Of a stretch of DNA of 64,000 nt, positions 6,818 to 15,878 are shown in pieces. The position numbers were made by a program, and so were the translations under genes. How positions within the stretch are numbered: the first letter of the stretch is position 1; each line of letters begins with the position of its first letter. Source of the DNA: a virus. The stretch lies in the IMG/VR virus record IMGVR_UViG_3300023313_000004, positions 1 through 64,000 of that record; one strand, 5' to 3'. The notes under the pieces are model-generated. The model had not been told where the DNA came from. It saw only the letters and a list, made by a program, of their open reading frames with translations, and made no database searches.

Positions 6818-7021
6818 TCAGGCCTGACTTACCTTGCCAGTACATGCATTCACATCGTGTAGCAGCTCCCCAGTCCCAAAAGGGCTGAATATCTGAGCCC
6901 CACACTTTGGACAACCTCGGCTGGTTCTACACTCCATCTTGAAATGTTCGCATTCAGTCACATACCCGTTGCGTGTATCAATAATATCAGTACCACATTT
7001 TCCGCAGGAAAAACTACTCAT
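6818..7021 (-). CDS. small Cys-rich (zinc-ribbon) hypothetical protein
   Basis: CGKCG and CPKCG motifs. Confidence 0.55.
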   Translation of the reverse strand: MSSFSCGKCGTDIIDTRNGYVTECEHFKMECRTSRGCPKCGAQIFSPFGTGELLHDVNACTGKVSQA

Positions 7022-7331
7022 CCTCGCCCCCCAAAACACCCAAGCAGTCCTTCAGCACATGCCCCAACAAACTCTCTGTATTGGCTAACACAGCGCAGAT
7101 ACGCACACCCTCTTGATGATGCCCCTGCCCACACATCTCCACCCACTGCAAATACTTCCTGACAATCAACAACTCTTGGTCTGCATCCTCAAAAGGCAAA
7201 AACAAAAACGCCTCCGTCTCACTGATGCACACCTCAGGTTCTAACTCCCCACTCAACCGCACAGTGAAGTCAGGGTACAACCACTTAGCCAAGATGACCT
7301 GCTCCTGCAATGTAGTCCCTTCTAAAACCAT
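7014..7331 (-). CDS. hypothetical protein, first gene after the promoter at 7385
   Basis: GGAGGG RBS before ATG 7331. Confidence 0.6.
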   Translation of the reverse strand: MVLEGTTLQEQVILAKWLYPDFTVRLSGELEPEVCISETEAFLFLPFEDADQELLIVRKYLQWVEMCGQGHHQEGVRICAVLANTESLLGHVLKDCLGVLGGEDE

Positions 7332-7356
7332 ATACCCTCCGTCACCACTAAGAATA

Positions 7357-7385
7357 ATACTACTCCTTAGTGATACACTTGTCAA
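7357..7385 (-). promoter_or_regulatory. sigma70-type promoter driving the accessory/cassette region
   Basis: TTGACA-N17-TAGTAT, AT-rich upstream. Confidence 0.75.
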
Positions 7386-7691
7386 CATAATAAATAAAAC
7401 CCCAAGAAAATCCCCCAGTATTTTTTTGTATTGCCAGCACAGCGCACCCAAACACTATCTGATTTCTGGTATTGCCCTGCCTATAACTACCCTATATTAA
7501 GATATGCCCTAGAAACTTTTTCACGGTGTTTTTGCAAAGTTCCTGAGTAAGAATGGCTAAATACTCCCATTGTTGGTTTTTGAAAAAAGAGTATTTAGAT
7601 GACTATTTCTACTTTTTGCCCTTAAGCACCCTTTTTTGCCCTTAAATAAAAATATACCAACACTCCCCCTGCTTGGTCATAACCGCCCAAC

Positions 7692-7714
7692 ACCCCCATG
7701 AACTTAAGTGCATA
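7692..7714. repeat. near-palindromic motif ACCCCCATGAACTTAAGTGCATA
   Basis: identical 23-mer at 59512-59534; 20-bp inverted copy at 10946-10965. Confidence 0.85.
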
Positions 7715-8430
7715 CCCCCTTACACAACACTTCCGCCCCTGCTGACTTAACCACCCTAACTGCCCAATATATATAGCCTTATATGAAAATATTACTAAAA
7801 ATACCCCATGCATTTACGGTACTATAACCAAAAACGAGAGCCAAAACGCCCCCCCAAATGGAAGCCTAGAGGGGGTGGGGGTTAGCGGCTCAAATTATTT
7901 TTCATCGGGGAAATCCAGAAAAACCCCGATAAAAACCCCATATGCCATTCCGAAATAGACGGCGGAGTTCCAACCTGTGATGCTATCTAGTGCCAGCAGT
8001 GGAATAAGAATAGCGAACCACATTATAATCAGGAAGCCTATAGTGCAGGTTACAGGGGCTTGGTTGTCGTTATGTGTTACACCTTACCCCCCTGCAAGCT
8101 TGGCTTGTAAGCATGAAGCATAAGCCCTTGATTATAATACATAAAACCCTTCGCGTGTGTTGTCATTATATCGCCTCCTATGGCTATGTTGTCTCTAATA
8201 TCCAGCGGCATAGCGTACAGGCAGCGGCTATAAAGCTGGACTTAGAATGTGTTATTGATTTATTCTTGCTATGTTATTGCTATGTTATTAACTGTCCTGC
8301 TGTGTTACTGAATGTTGTTTATTGTTTCTATTTCCGTGTTACATTTACTCTTATTATTCTATTGTTGTTTATCTATATTATTATACTAATCGCCCCCTAA
8401 TCCTTTTTCATATCATTTATATTGTGGGTT

Positions 8431-8458
8431 ATTCTAAGCCCTTCTTTACACTTGTCAA
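8431..8458 (-). promoter_or_regulatory. sigma70-type promoter
   Basis: TTGACA-N16-TAGAAT with the shared TTGACAAGTG -35 context. Confidence 0.6.
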
Positions 8459-8476
8459 CATTTATTATTTTGTGTA

Positions 8477-10189
8477 TCAATGCCTATGCATAACATAAGT
8501 ATAGTTACCGATAGCGGGTGCTATCCACTGCGTATAATACGCCCCTCGCAGGGGTAAGGGTCTTAAATTCCTTGTATGCGTATATTCTATTTCTTGTCTT
8601 AATAAAACGCGGCGCGTTCTCTCTGCATTGTTTATAGTAGTGATTGCTTCTAATTCTTTTTTATATTTTAAGTTCGCCGCGCTCAATGCTTGGACTTGAT
8701 AGAATGCTTTCGTTATGCAATCGTCACATATATTAGCGTTATCTGACTCTCGCAACTCGTCAATATCAACATACTGGCAACACTCCGAACACTCCCCTAT
8801 CCCCTCATTCTCTGCACAATCCTCATCACAATAATAGTGCCCGTTTTGTGCTTCTATGCTATCGCAAGTATGAATAGGGTCACAACATGATGAGCAGTGC
8901 CCTACCCCCTCGTCCTCAGCACATTCAGAACTACAATACGGCACCTCATCAGGGCTAACAACTTCTACACTATCTTGACTTATCATATCGTCACAATGCC
9001 CGCAGGGGTATATATCGTCTTGCGCCGCACAATAATGTGAGCAATAGTAAGAAGTATGGCTGCTTCCCGCGTGACTATGCGCGTCATCTATTGCTATAGT
9101 CTCTTCGCAGTTATCACAATGAACGTAATCATTAGAACAATTTTCACAAACAGGGTCGCCGCCTGCGTTGTAGCCTTGGGTGTCCTCGTCACACCTATCG
9201 CCACAATCTGCACATTCGCCCCCGAACCATTGCCCCGTTGTCACGCTCGCTACCTTTGCATCTATATTACATGCCGGGGTACTTAGTGTTATCCCCCCGT
9301 CCTCAGCACAATTCAGAGAATCCAACCAAGGGTATTGATTAGCCCCGTCCAGCGGCTCGGCTAAGTGATGAACTAGCGCTGGCAGCTCTTCACTATTATG
9401 ACAACCCGCACCCGTTTTATCGTAACAGTACCAGCCATGTTTTTCTGCTAAGTTTTTCGTTAGCTCCCGCGTGTCTGGAGTTGAGGGGTACGCCCTATCA
9501 ACTAAGTAAGATTTGTTGCCTTCCATATCTTCAACCGCCCACAAAAAAGCGCGGACTGCGGCCACATTCTCCCCTTTTGTGATAGCATATGGCAGGTCGC
9601 TCCAGATTAAAGTATATGCTCCCTCTGCTGCTGAGGGAGTGGGGTTTATTAAAGGTTTATCGTCTGTAATCGCTAACGTCTCGTTTAGCTCTGCCCACCT
9701 ATGATACGTATTATCTAAAGCATCATCTATGCTCTCTTTGTTCTCTAATGCAGGCCCTTCCATACAACTCCCGCTCCGATACCCGTAATGGCGCGGCAAG
9801 ATTTGACCTTGTAAACTTTGATATATTTTGGGGGTGGTGCTGAACCCCTCATTTTGGGCTAACGGGTGATGTTTTAAAAGAGCGACAATAAACTTATGCA
9901 GGTCTGACTCTGATAACTTTATACTATCAGCAAGCCACCTTTTTATTAGTTTATTAGCCTTCATTTTTTTTGTTCTAGTACATGACTCTTGTTTTTGTGA
10001 GTATGCTAAGTGTGTTCTTTCTGTACTACTGAATCTTGCGCTGTCTGGCATATTACAAAAAATATCGGGCATGCCTACGCTCCCGTCTTTGGGCAGTAGC
10101 ATGTTTATATGCTTTATAGCTTCATGTGCTAACGCCTCTCTAAATACTCTTATTGCTTTTTTTGTTGTATCATCTTGTGATAAACACAT
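8477..10189 (-). CDS. Cys-rich multi-zinc-ribbon phage protein
   Basis: SCM...RAFLW...DRAY...PWLDSL domain followed by many CxxC/CxxxC pairs. Confidence 0.75.
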   Translation of the reverse strand: MCLSQDDTTKKAIRVFREALAHEAIKHINMLLPKDGSVGMPDIFCNMPDSARFSSTERTHLAYSQKQESCTRTKKMKANKLIKRWLADSIKLSESDLHKFIVALLKHHPLAQNEGFSTTPKIYQSLQGQILPRHYGYRSGSCMEGPALENKESIDDALDNTYHRWAELNETLAITDDKPLINPTPSAAEGAYTLIWSDLPYAITKGENVAAVRAFLWAVEDMEGNKSYLVDRAYPSTPDTRELTKNLAEKHGWYCYDKTGAGCHNSEELPALVHHLAEPLDGANQYPWLDSLNCAEDGGITLSTPACNIDAKVASVTTGQWFGGECADCGDRCDEDTQGYNAGGDPVCENCSNDYVHCDNCEETIAIDDAHSHAGSSHTSYYCSHYCAAQDDIYPCGHCDDMISQDSVEVVSPDEVPYCSSECAEDEGVGHCSSCCDPIHTCDSIEAQNGHYYCDEDCAENEGIGECSECCQYVDIDELRESDNANICDDCITKAFYQVQALSAANLKYKKELEAITTINNAERTRRVLLRQEIEYTHTRNLRPLPLRGAYYTQWIAPAIGNYTYVMHRH

Positions 10190-10221
10190 ATTAAAACCTT
10201 CCTTGTTTTAGTTTTTAGTTT

Positions 10222-10482
10222 TTAGTTTTTGCTTTGTAAAAAGAAGGCCGCACCTTTTACTTTTATCGCTGTACTTACTGCAATATTTAAATAAGTGTCT
10301 AAGCATTCTCGTTGTGTAGTTGTTATGTTAGCCCCCGCAATGCGGCGCATAACCCTATTGAGTTGGTTCTTTGTCTTTGCCGCAAAAATAGCATTTTGAT
10401 AAAACACTAATAACGGGTGAGCGGTGTGGGGTTGACGTAATATCATAATGTTAAGCTGGCCGCTGCTACTGTTACAGCCCAT
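10222..10482 (-). CDS. hypothetical protein
   Basis: 86-aa ORF, start uncertain. Confidence 0.45.
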   Translation of the reverse strand: MGCNSSSGQLNIMILRQPHTAHPLLVFYQNAIFAAKTKNQLNRVMRRIAGANITTTQRECLDTYLNIAVSTAIKVKGAAFFLQSKN

Positions 10483-10571
10483 GACTCTGCTAAGCTTAGT
10501 CCTGCCCCCCCTGCCACTAATAATACGGGAACCACTAATAGTATAGTTTTTAATATGCTTTTCTTATTCAT
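10443..10571 (-). CDS. small membrane protein
   Basis: MNKKSILKT plus hydrophobic stretch; downstream of the promoter at 10634. Confidence 0.5.
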   Translation of the reverse strand: MNKKSILKTILLVVPVLLVAGGAGLSLAESWAVTVAAASLTL

Positions 10572-10606
10572 TATGAACCGCCTTTTTTCTCTTACTGTAT
10601 GACGAG

Positions 10607-10634
10607 AATATATCGGCTGAATTTCACTTGTCAA
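10607..10634 (-). promoter_or_regulatory. sigma70-type promoter
   Basis: TTGACA-N16-TATATT. Confidence 0.6.
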
Positions 10635-10803
10635 CAAAAAAGATTTTTCGCCCTGATACCCTTATTTTTCGCATGGAATTTGTCATATTTTTTGAAAAAA
10701 CAACGCACAATAATCCCACCTAGGCAAGGATAATCTCACTTTTTTTTGGCCAGTGGAATCTAACATTTTCTCAAAGTTTTGACCCATCTGACCTCCCATA
10801 ACT

Positions 10804-10825
10804 GAAACCCCCTTAAAGGGGTTTC
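10804..10825. terminator. GC hairpin downstream of terL
   Basis: GAAACCCC-loop-GGGGTTTC stem; weak U tract. Confidence 0.35.
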
Positions 10826-10945
10826 CCCTGAGCATTTTATTTTCGGATTTGAAAGTTTTTGGGTATCGTTTTTAGTAGGTCATAATCCCTATTATTTTTG
10901 CATAGAAAAGTCTATGGTATTTTGGTACTTTTACCTATGCTAGGC

Positions 10946-10965
10946 TATGCACTTAAGTTCATGGG
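10946..10965. repeat. inverted copy of the 7695-7714 motif
   Basis: TATGCACTTAAGTTCATGGG is the exact reverse complement of 7695-7714. Confidence 0.85.
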
Positions 10966-10972
10966 TATAGGG

Positions 10973-13225
10973 CTACCCTTCTATGGATTTAGCTGCGGAC
11001 AATGCTTGTACACTATCTGGTATGCTCTGAGGGGTTATCCCTGCCTCTAGCCATAGGTCTCCCCTCGTAATCAAGCCATATAAAACTCCTGCCATTGAGT
11101 CAGCCACATCTTTAGAGTTATGTACTACTGCCCCGTTAGCTAAGCAGAAGTTCTCGTTAGGGTATGCTCCTAGGTCATACACAGGGATAGGCACGGCGTG
11201 GCTCACCACCTCTACTTGAGTAATGGTAATAGTGTCTCCCCTCTCTGTTGGTAGGTGGGGGTTTACATCCCTAGAGATTATTGTGTCTCCCCCTACTAAA
11301 GAGTCCGTCCTTGCCCAGCCCCTAGAGACGAGGACTTTATGCTCCCCTGTAAGCTCCATGACTACGCCCTCGGAGGAGTAAACCCTGTATGTCTCAGTAG
11401 TTTCTCTAGTTACCCTCGGATGTAGTACCTCTTGTGGTACGAATACCTCTAGGTCTTCATTGTACCCCTGCACTACATACCTTTCTCCCCCTGTATGCCC
11501 TAGAGCCATGTCTGCTATAGTCCTAGTGACACCACTACTATCTTTAATAAGGGTTGAGCCTATTAAACTACCGTGAGGAGGGTGGTCTACCTTACCTTTC
11601 TTTGTGTCTAGTTCTAGTTGTACCAGCTCTGTACAAAGCCTCTCGTGGTAGGGCATCTCTATTCTACCATCATACAAGGCCTGCTTAACAACGTCATAGG
11701 GCGCGGTTGTTCTATCTATAGACTGTACCCCTGCCCTAAAATTCTTAGTCCTTAGGATTTGGATAGTGTCTGCTGACTGATATGTATCTAGTGACACCCA
11801 CCCGATAGGTATCCCTAGCTGGTCTCTTAATGCGTATATCAGCTCCCTTATCTTCCAGAACTGTATTTCTCCCCCTAGAGGTGGTGCTATCTCTAAGGTC
11901 ATATCTATTACAAATTTGGGGAGTATCTCAAACGTACCACCTCTATCTACTTTAACAAACCTCTCTATGTGCCCCATAGCAAAGCCTGCGCTATCCCCCG
12001 TGAGAGCTAAATCCATATGAATCCAGCGTTTAGCTGTGGGGTTTAGGAGGTTCAAGGTACTAAGTTCTGCTGAAGTACTAACAAAATCAACCTCTACATT
12101 CGATGCTATAGACTCTAAGGTGCAGGCATCAAATATCTTCGTGCTATCTAAGATGAAGGGGTGCAGAGCCATGGTGGCTTTGCCAGCAATATCTCTTAGG
12201 CTACTCATCATATCATTTTGGAAATCTTTTCTGAAGTCCTCTGGGATACGGTCATACAGCTCTTCCTCCCCCTCAGGGATAACAAAGTCTGGCTCTTCTA
12301 TTCTGGGTGCTCTAGTTAAGTCTCCTGTGAATATCGTAAACCACCCAGACACAAACTCTTGGGGTTTAATATCCCACAACCTTTTAGAGTATATAAATAT
12401 ACTGGGGTCATTTACTGCCTCTTTCTCTTTGCATTCAGTGAAGTCTCCGGGGTAATGCTTAGAGGAAACTAGGCATAGTACTCCCGGAAGGTTTCCTTTC
12501 TGCATAAACCTAGATTTCCTTCTCCTAGCTATAGAGTTATATATCTCTACTGCTTGGTCGAAGGTGTCTCCCGTTCTGCTCTGCTTGGATTTCTCTGTGA
12601 TGCTAAAGAAGTTAATCTCATCTATCACACCTCCAAATACATTCTGCCCTATCGTGGCGGTAGAGGAGGCTGATACGGGGCGCACATACACCCTATTAGG
12701 GAATTGTAGTTCTGACTCTATATCTTTATTGTAAGGGTAGTGGTTCTTAAAATAAGGGGAGTTATCTATGAGAGCCTTGAACCTCGCATAGTCTACCTGC
12801 TTGGCCACCTTCTCCGTTACCGATTGGAATATGAATACTATCTCTGAGGCAGGGTCTAACCCGTATTCTGCTTGGGGGTCTACTAAGCAGCTTAATAGGT
12901 ACAGTTGGTATCCTGTGGTGGCAAGGGCTGCTGTGGACTTACCTACCCCAATAGCCCCTGTAAAGACTCCTTCATCGTACTTGCCTGTATTAAGTTCTAT
13001 CATGTCAGTCATGACAGAGGGGTATAGTGCCCCTTCATAATTAAAAAGGTTAGGGTCTGTAATAAATGTTTCAAAAGATACAGGTATATCTCTGTACTTA
13101 CCTAAAGTATGAAGGGGTGCTGCATCCCCCTTCATGGCTGCCTGTAAGGCCTTATATATCTGAGCCCTAGCTTCTGGGTCAGGGAGTCTCGCTACCTCTG
13201 GGAATAGACCCTCAATGTTCTTCAT
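10973..13225 (-). CDS. terL: terminase large subunit, intein-containing
   Basis: Walker A GAIGVGKS, Walker B GVIDE, RNase H-type nuclease HMDLALTGD...D.YQS...DHPPHG/SKDVADS. Confidence 0.9.
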   Translation of the reverse strand: MKNIEGLFPEVARLPDPEARAQIYKALQAAMKGDAAPLHTLGKYRDIPVSFETFITDPNLFNYEGALYPSVMTDMIELNTGKYDEGVFTGAIGVGKSTAALATTGYQLYLLSCLVDPQAEYGLDPASEIVFIFQSVTEKVAKQVDYARFKALIDNSPYFKNHYPYNKDIESELQFPNRVYVRPVSASSTATIGQNVFGGVIDEINFFSITEKSKQSRTGDTFDQAVEIYNSIARRRKSRFMQKGNLPGVLCLVSSKHYPGDFTECKEKEAVNDPSIFIYSKRLWDIKPQEFVSGWFTIFTGDLTRAPRIEEPDFVIPEGEEELYDRIPEDFRKDFQNDMMSSLRDIAGKATMALHPFILDSTKIFDACTLESIASNVEVDFVSTSAELSTLNLLNPTAKRWIHMDLALTGDSAGFAMGHIERFVKVDRGGTFEILPKFVIDMTLEIAPPLGGEIQFWKIRELIYALRDQLGIPIGWVSLDTYQSADTIQILRTKNFRAGVQSIDRTTAPYDVVKQALYDGRIEMPYHERLCTELVQLELDTKKGKVDHPPHGSLIGSTLIKDSSGVTRTIADMALGHTGGERYVVQGYNEDLEVFVPQEVLHPRVTRETTETYRVYSSEGVVMELTGEHKVLVSRGWARTDSLVGGDTIISRDVNPHLPTERGDTITITQVEVVSHAVPIPVYDLGAYPNENFCLANGAVVHNSKDVADSMAGVLYGLITRGDLWLEAGITPQSIPDSVQALSAAKSIEG
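11117..11569 (-). mobile_element. mini-intein (151 aa, Ser1) in TerL
   Basis: SLIGST start, block B LTGEHKVL, block F VYDL, HN/S end; splits DHPPHG|SKD; no homing endonuclease. Confidence 0.88.
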
Positions 13226-13886
13226 CTATAATTGCCTCTTGGAACACCGTAGCTGCTTCATCAGGGACTATGTTGGATAGCTTAGTCTCGATGGACTTAA
13301 GCACGTCTTGCATAGATATAGTGTCACTCTGTAACAGGTTAGAGTATGCTTTATCTGGGTTGATAGCTTTGTACATACCTGCTTGGGATAGGAATCTGTG
13401 CTTACTATCCTCGGCACTAACTGCCGCCCCTAGTGCTTGTAGTCGCACCTTCTTATCCTTCTCTGTTTCGTCAGTAGCTATTCTCAGAGCTACCTGCTTA
13501 GCTTCCTCGTAGAACCCCATTGTCTCCCCCACAAAAAGGGGGAAGTCTAACTGCATAACATTTTGTCGTATCTGCTTCTTCATAGCATTTATATCAGAGT
13601 ACACTGTCTTTAGGTGTATGCCTAACTTCTCTGCTATGTCATTCTTATGTATGCCTCGCATTAGAAGTTGTTGTACCTTTGTCCTGCGTACAGCTAATTC
13701 CTCTTTGGTTATTTTTGCAAACCTCTCTCCTCCCGTATCCCCATGAGACTCCTCTGTTAGCTCTCCCAGAATAGTGTCCATCTCCTCGGAGCTGGCATGT
13801 TTATATACCTTGCCCCCCTTGGACTTCTTCCCTGTTATGAGCTCCACATCTAACTCTGCCCCTCTTCTTTGTATTTTTACGCTCAT
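13212..13886 (-). CDS. terS: terminase small subunit (HTH)
   Basis: HTH (DIAEKLGIHLKTVYSD), directly upstream of and overlapping terL. Confidence 0.65.
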   Translation of the reverse strand: MSVKIQRRGAELDVELITGKKSKGGKVYKHASSEEMDTILGELTEESHGDTGGERFAKITKEELAVRRTKVQQLLMRGIHKNDIAEKLGIHLKTVYSDINAMKKQIRQNVMQLDFPLFVGETMGFYEEAKQVALRIATDETEKDKKVRLQALGAAVSAEDSKHRFLSQAGMYKAINPDKAYSNLLQSDTISMQDVLKSIETKLSNIVPDEAATVFQEAIIDEEH

Positions 13887-14353
13887 TATGTTCCCCTCAG
13901 GATAGTGGTTAAGCACCACTCCCCTTTTTTTGGGTAGGGTAGTGTTGCTATCTTAATTTGTCCAACCTCATGAATAGAACTGTCTATGCGAATCCGCCCA
14001 TTAAGGGTGTATATCCCTACTGAACTTAAGTGCAGAGTGCAGGTGTTCTTATCTAAGATAAGCGGCACAGGGGCTAGTATAGGCAGCCCTACTTTAGGGT
14101 GCTCCTTAAACCCTTGGGAGGCACTATAGATAGCATTACATACCATCTGTGCCCCCAGTGGGGATGACCTCCTTATAGAGGCATACATTTCTTTATGGAG
14201 TGTTGTTCTGCCGTAACGGTGTAGGGCCTTCCCTCTTTTTGTTACTTGGGCACACTGATTCTTATACTCCTGCAACAGGGCATAAAGCTTAGACTCCTGC
14301 TCCTCTGAGGGGTATAATATTATCTCTTGGGTGTGGGTGCGGTGCTCCCTCAC
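13886..14353 (-). CDS. TnpB (IS200/IS605) N-terminal-domain-only protein lacking RuvC
   Basis: LYPSEEQ..KL, LHKEMY..IR...PLGAQMVCNAI, YTLNGRIRI, KKGEW resemble the TnpB WED/REC region; ends before RuvC-I. Confidence 0.65.
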   Translation of the reverse strand: MREHRTHTQEIILYPSEEQESKLYALLQEYKNQCAQVTKRGKALHRYGRTTLHKEMYASIRRSSPLGAQMVCNAIYSASQGFKEHPKVGLPILAPVPLILDKNTCTLHLSSVGIYTLNGRIRIDSSIHEVGQIKIATLPYPKKGEWCLTTILRGT

Positions 14354-14817
14354 CTAGAGTAACTAGGGGGTAGTTTGTTGATACCTTTTTTTATACAGGC
14401 TTGTATTAGGGGATTAGTAGACTCCTTGGGTAAACCTGCTTTAGGTGCAGCTATCCGTGGAACTACATACCCCGTAGTGTTCTTTTTGGGTATTTTCTTT
14501 CTTGCTTTAGTTACTTTAACCTTGGTGGTGTCGGTTGAGGGCTTTTTCTCTAGGCTTCTTAGGTCTAGCCACCGCCGCCGCAGCTCCTTAGCTGTGTGGT
14601 GGTACTCTAGGCTCAGCCCTTTAAAGCTCCTCCCTGATTTTACATATCGTTGGAGTAGTTCATCTGGGAGGGCAATTCTTGGGTCATCAAATACTTCCCC
14701 TGCTGCCTCCAGTACCTCAACTACCCTAGCCACACTCACTCTAAAAGTGAGTGCTACATGCTTAATCTTCAGCCCTCTTCGGTGGAAGGCTACGACTCTA
14801 TTGCTTAAATCATCCAT
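14350..14817 (-). CDS. hypothetical HTH-like basic protein
   Basis: GLKIKHVALTFRVSVARV..VL; AGGAGA RBS. Confidence 0.55.
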   Translation of the reverse strand: MDDLSNRVVAFHRRGLKIKHVALTFRVSVARVVEVLEAAGEVFDDPRIALPDELLQRYVKSGRSFKGLSLEYHHTAKELRRRWLDLRSLEKKPSTDTTKVKVTKARKKIPKKNTTGYVVPRIAAPKAGLPKESTNPLIQACIKKGINKLPPSYSR

Positions 14818-14982
14818 ACTCGTGGTTGCTCTCCTATTCTTGTCCGTCCTTAACTTATAGGTGGCTACAGGTCACACTTATTACTGCTCTGTATTGTTTA
14901 CTATACTTGGGTGTGCCTGTAGCCCCTAACTGGTGGAGGGGGGGGGGGGTGTTGTTGTGCCCTTATGCCCTGCCCCCTTATG

Positions 14983-15819
14983 TTACAATGTTGCTGTGAT
15001 GGATACCTCTGGGAACACCCTATCAAATACCTGTAGTACCTCTTCGGCTGATGATTCCTGCATTAAGGATACCATAGTTACCTTAGCACCACTACTGCCA
15101 GCAGATGTATTAGTGCTGCCCATGTAGTCCATACAAATATACTCTAAGGCTACCCCATCATACTCAGTGTCTGCTGCATCCTTAGCCTGACCTATAGCAT
15201 CCTGCACTATCTCCTTCTGGTCATCGTGAACTTTGAAAGTGAGGGTGGTAACAGTAGAGGCCTCTTGCTCTAACGCAACAGTGTCTGTCTCTTCCCCCTC
15301 AGAATCTTTCATAGCACGGATAAACTCTTGAATTTGTAGTACGGTCATGCCTGCTGCTCGCTCCGCCCACTCATCTACGTTATCTAAATTTAGGATTGAG
15401 CTTAGTACTCTGAGTTTTGTCCACCCCAGCCCTGAGACTTTTTCCCATGGAATCTCGTTCTCCACAATATCATTGTAAATCTTCATAAGGTACATGGCTT
15501 TTCGTAGCTTCATACCAAACATATCTTCTACTAAATCTTTAAACCCATCATACCCTGTGTGCCATGCATTTGTGTATATGGCATCTAGTATGCCCCCTAA
15601 GACAAACAGGTTCTCATCTGCTGAGTCTAGGGCATCCTTTGCTTTTTTTAGTGCGGTGCTCTCATCCAAAGACTCAATTAGGTGTGTTGATTGTTGTAGT
15701 ACGTCCAGATGCCCTACCTTCTCCATAGCTCTCTGTGTTTTTTTCGTCATGGTGCCTTTAGCCCCCTTTGTTAATAGGGCTAAGGTGGTGCTTCCTGTAC
15801 TATTATCTACTGTACTCAT
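14983..15819 (-). CDS. hypothetical protein (DUF3102-like region)
   Basis: GY..F..LVE..FGM..RKA.YLM.IY...LGWTKL. Confidence 0.6.
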   Translation of the reverse strand: MSTVDNSTGSTTLALLTKGAKGTMTKKTQRAMEKVGHLDVLQQSTHLIESLDESTALKKAKDALDSADENLFVLGGILDAIYTNAWHTGYDGFKDLVEDMFGMKLRKAMYLMKIYNDIVENEIPWEKVSGLGWTKLRVLSSILNLDNVDEWAERAAGMTVLQIQEFIRAMKDSEGEETDTVALEQEASTVTTLTFKVHDDQKEIVQDAIGQAKDAADTEYDGVALEYICMDYMGSTNTSAGSSGAKVTMVSLMQESSAEEVLQVFDRVFPEVSITATL

Positions 15820-15846
15820 ATGTCTATACTCCTATGGTATGTCGTC

Positions 15847-15875
15847 ATGTTACTGTTCTTTCTTTCACTTGTCAA
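15847..15875 (-). promoter_or_regulatory. sigma70-type promoter
   Basis: TTGACA-N17-TAACAT. Confidence 0.65.
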
Positions 15876-15878
15876 TGC

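Noticed and set aside
13886-14353. Active IS200/IS605 element
   Set aside because: No TnpA, no RuvC domain, no visible IS ends; gene overlaps both neighbours.
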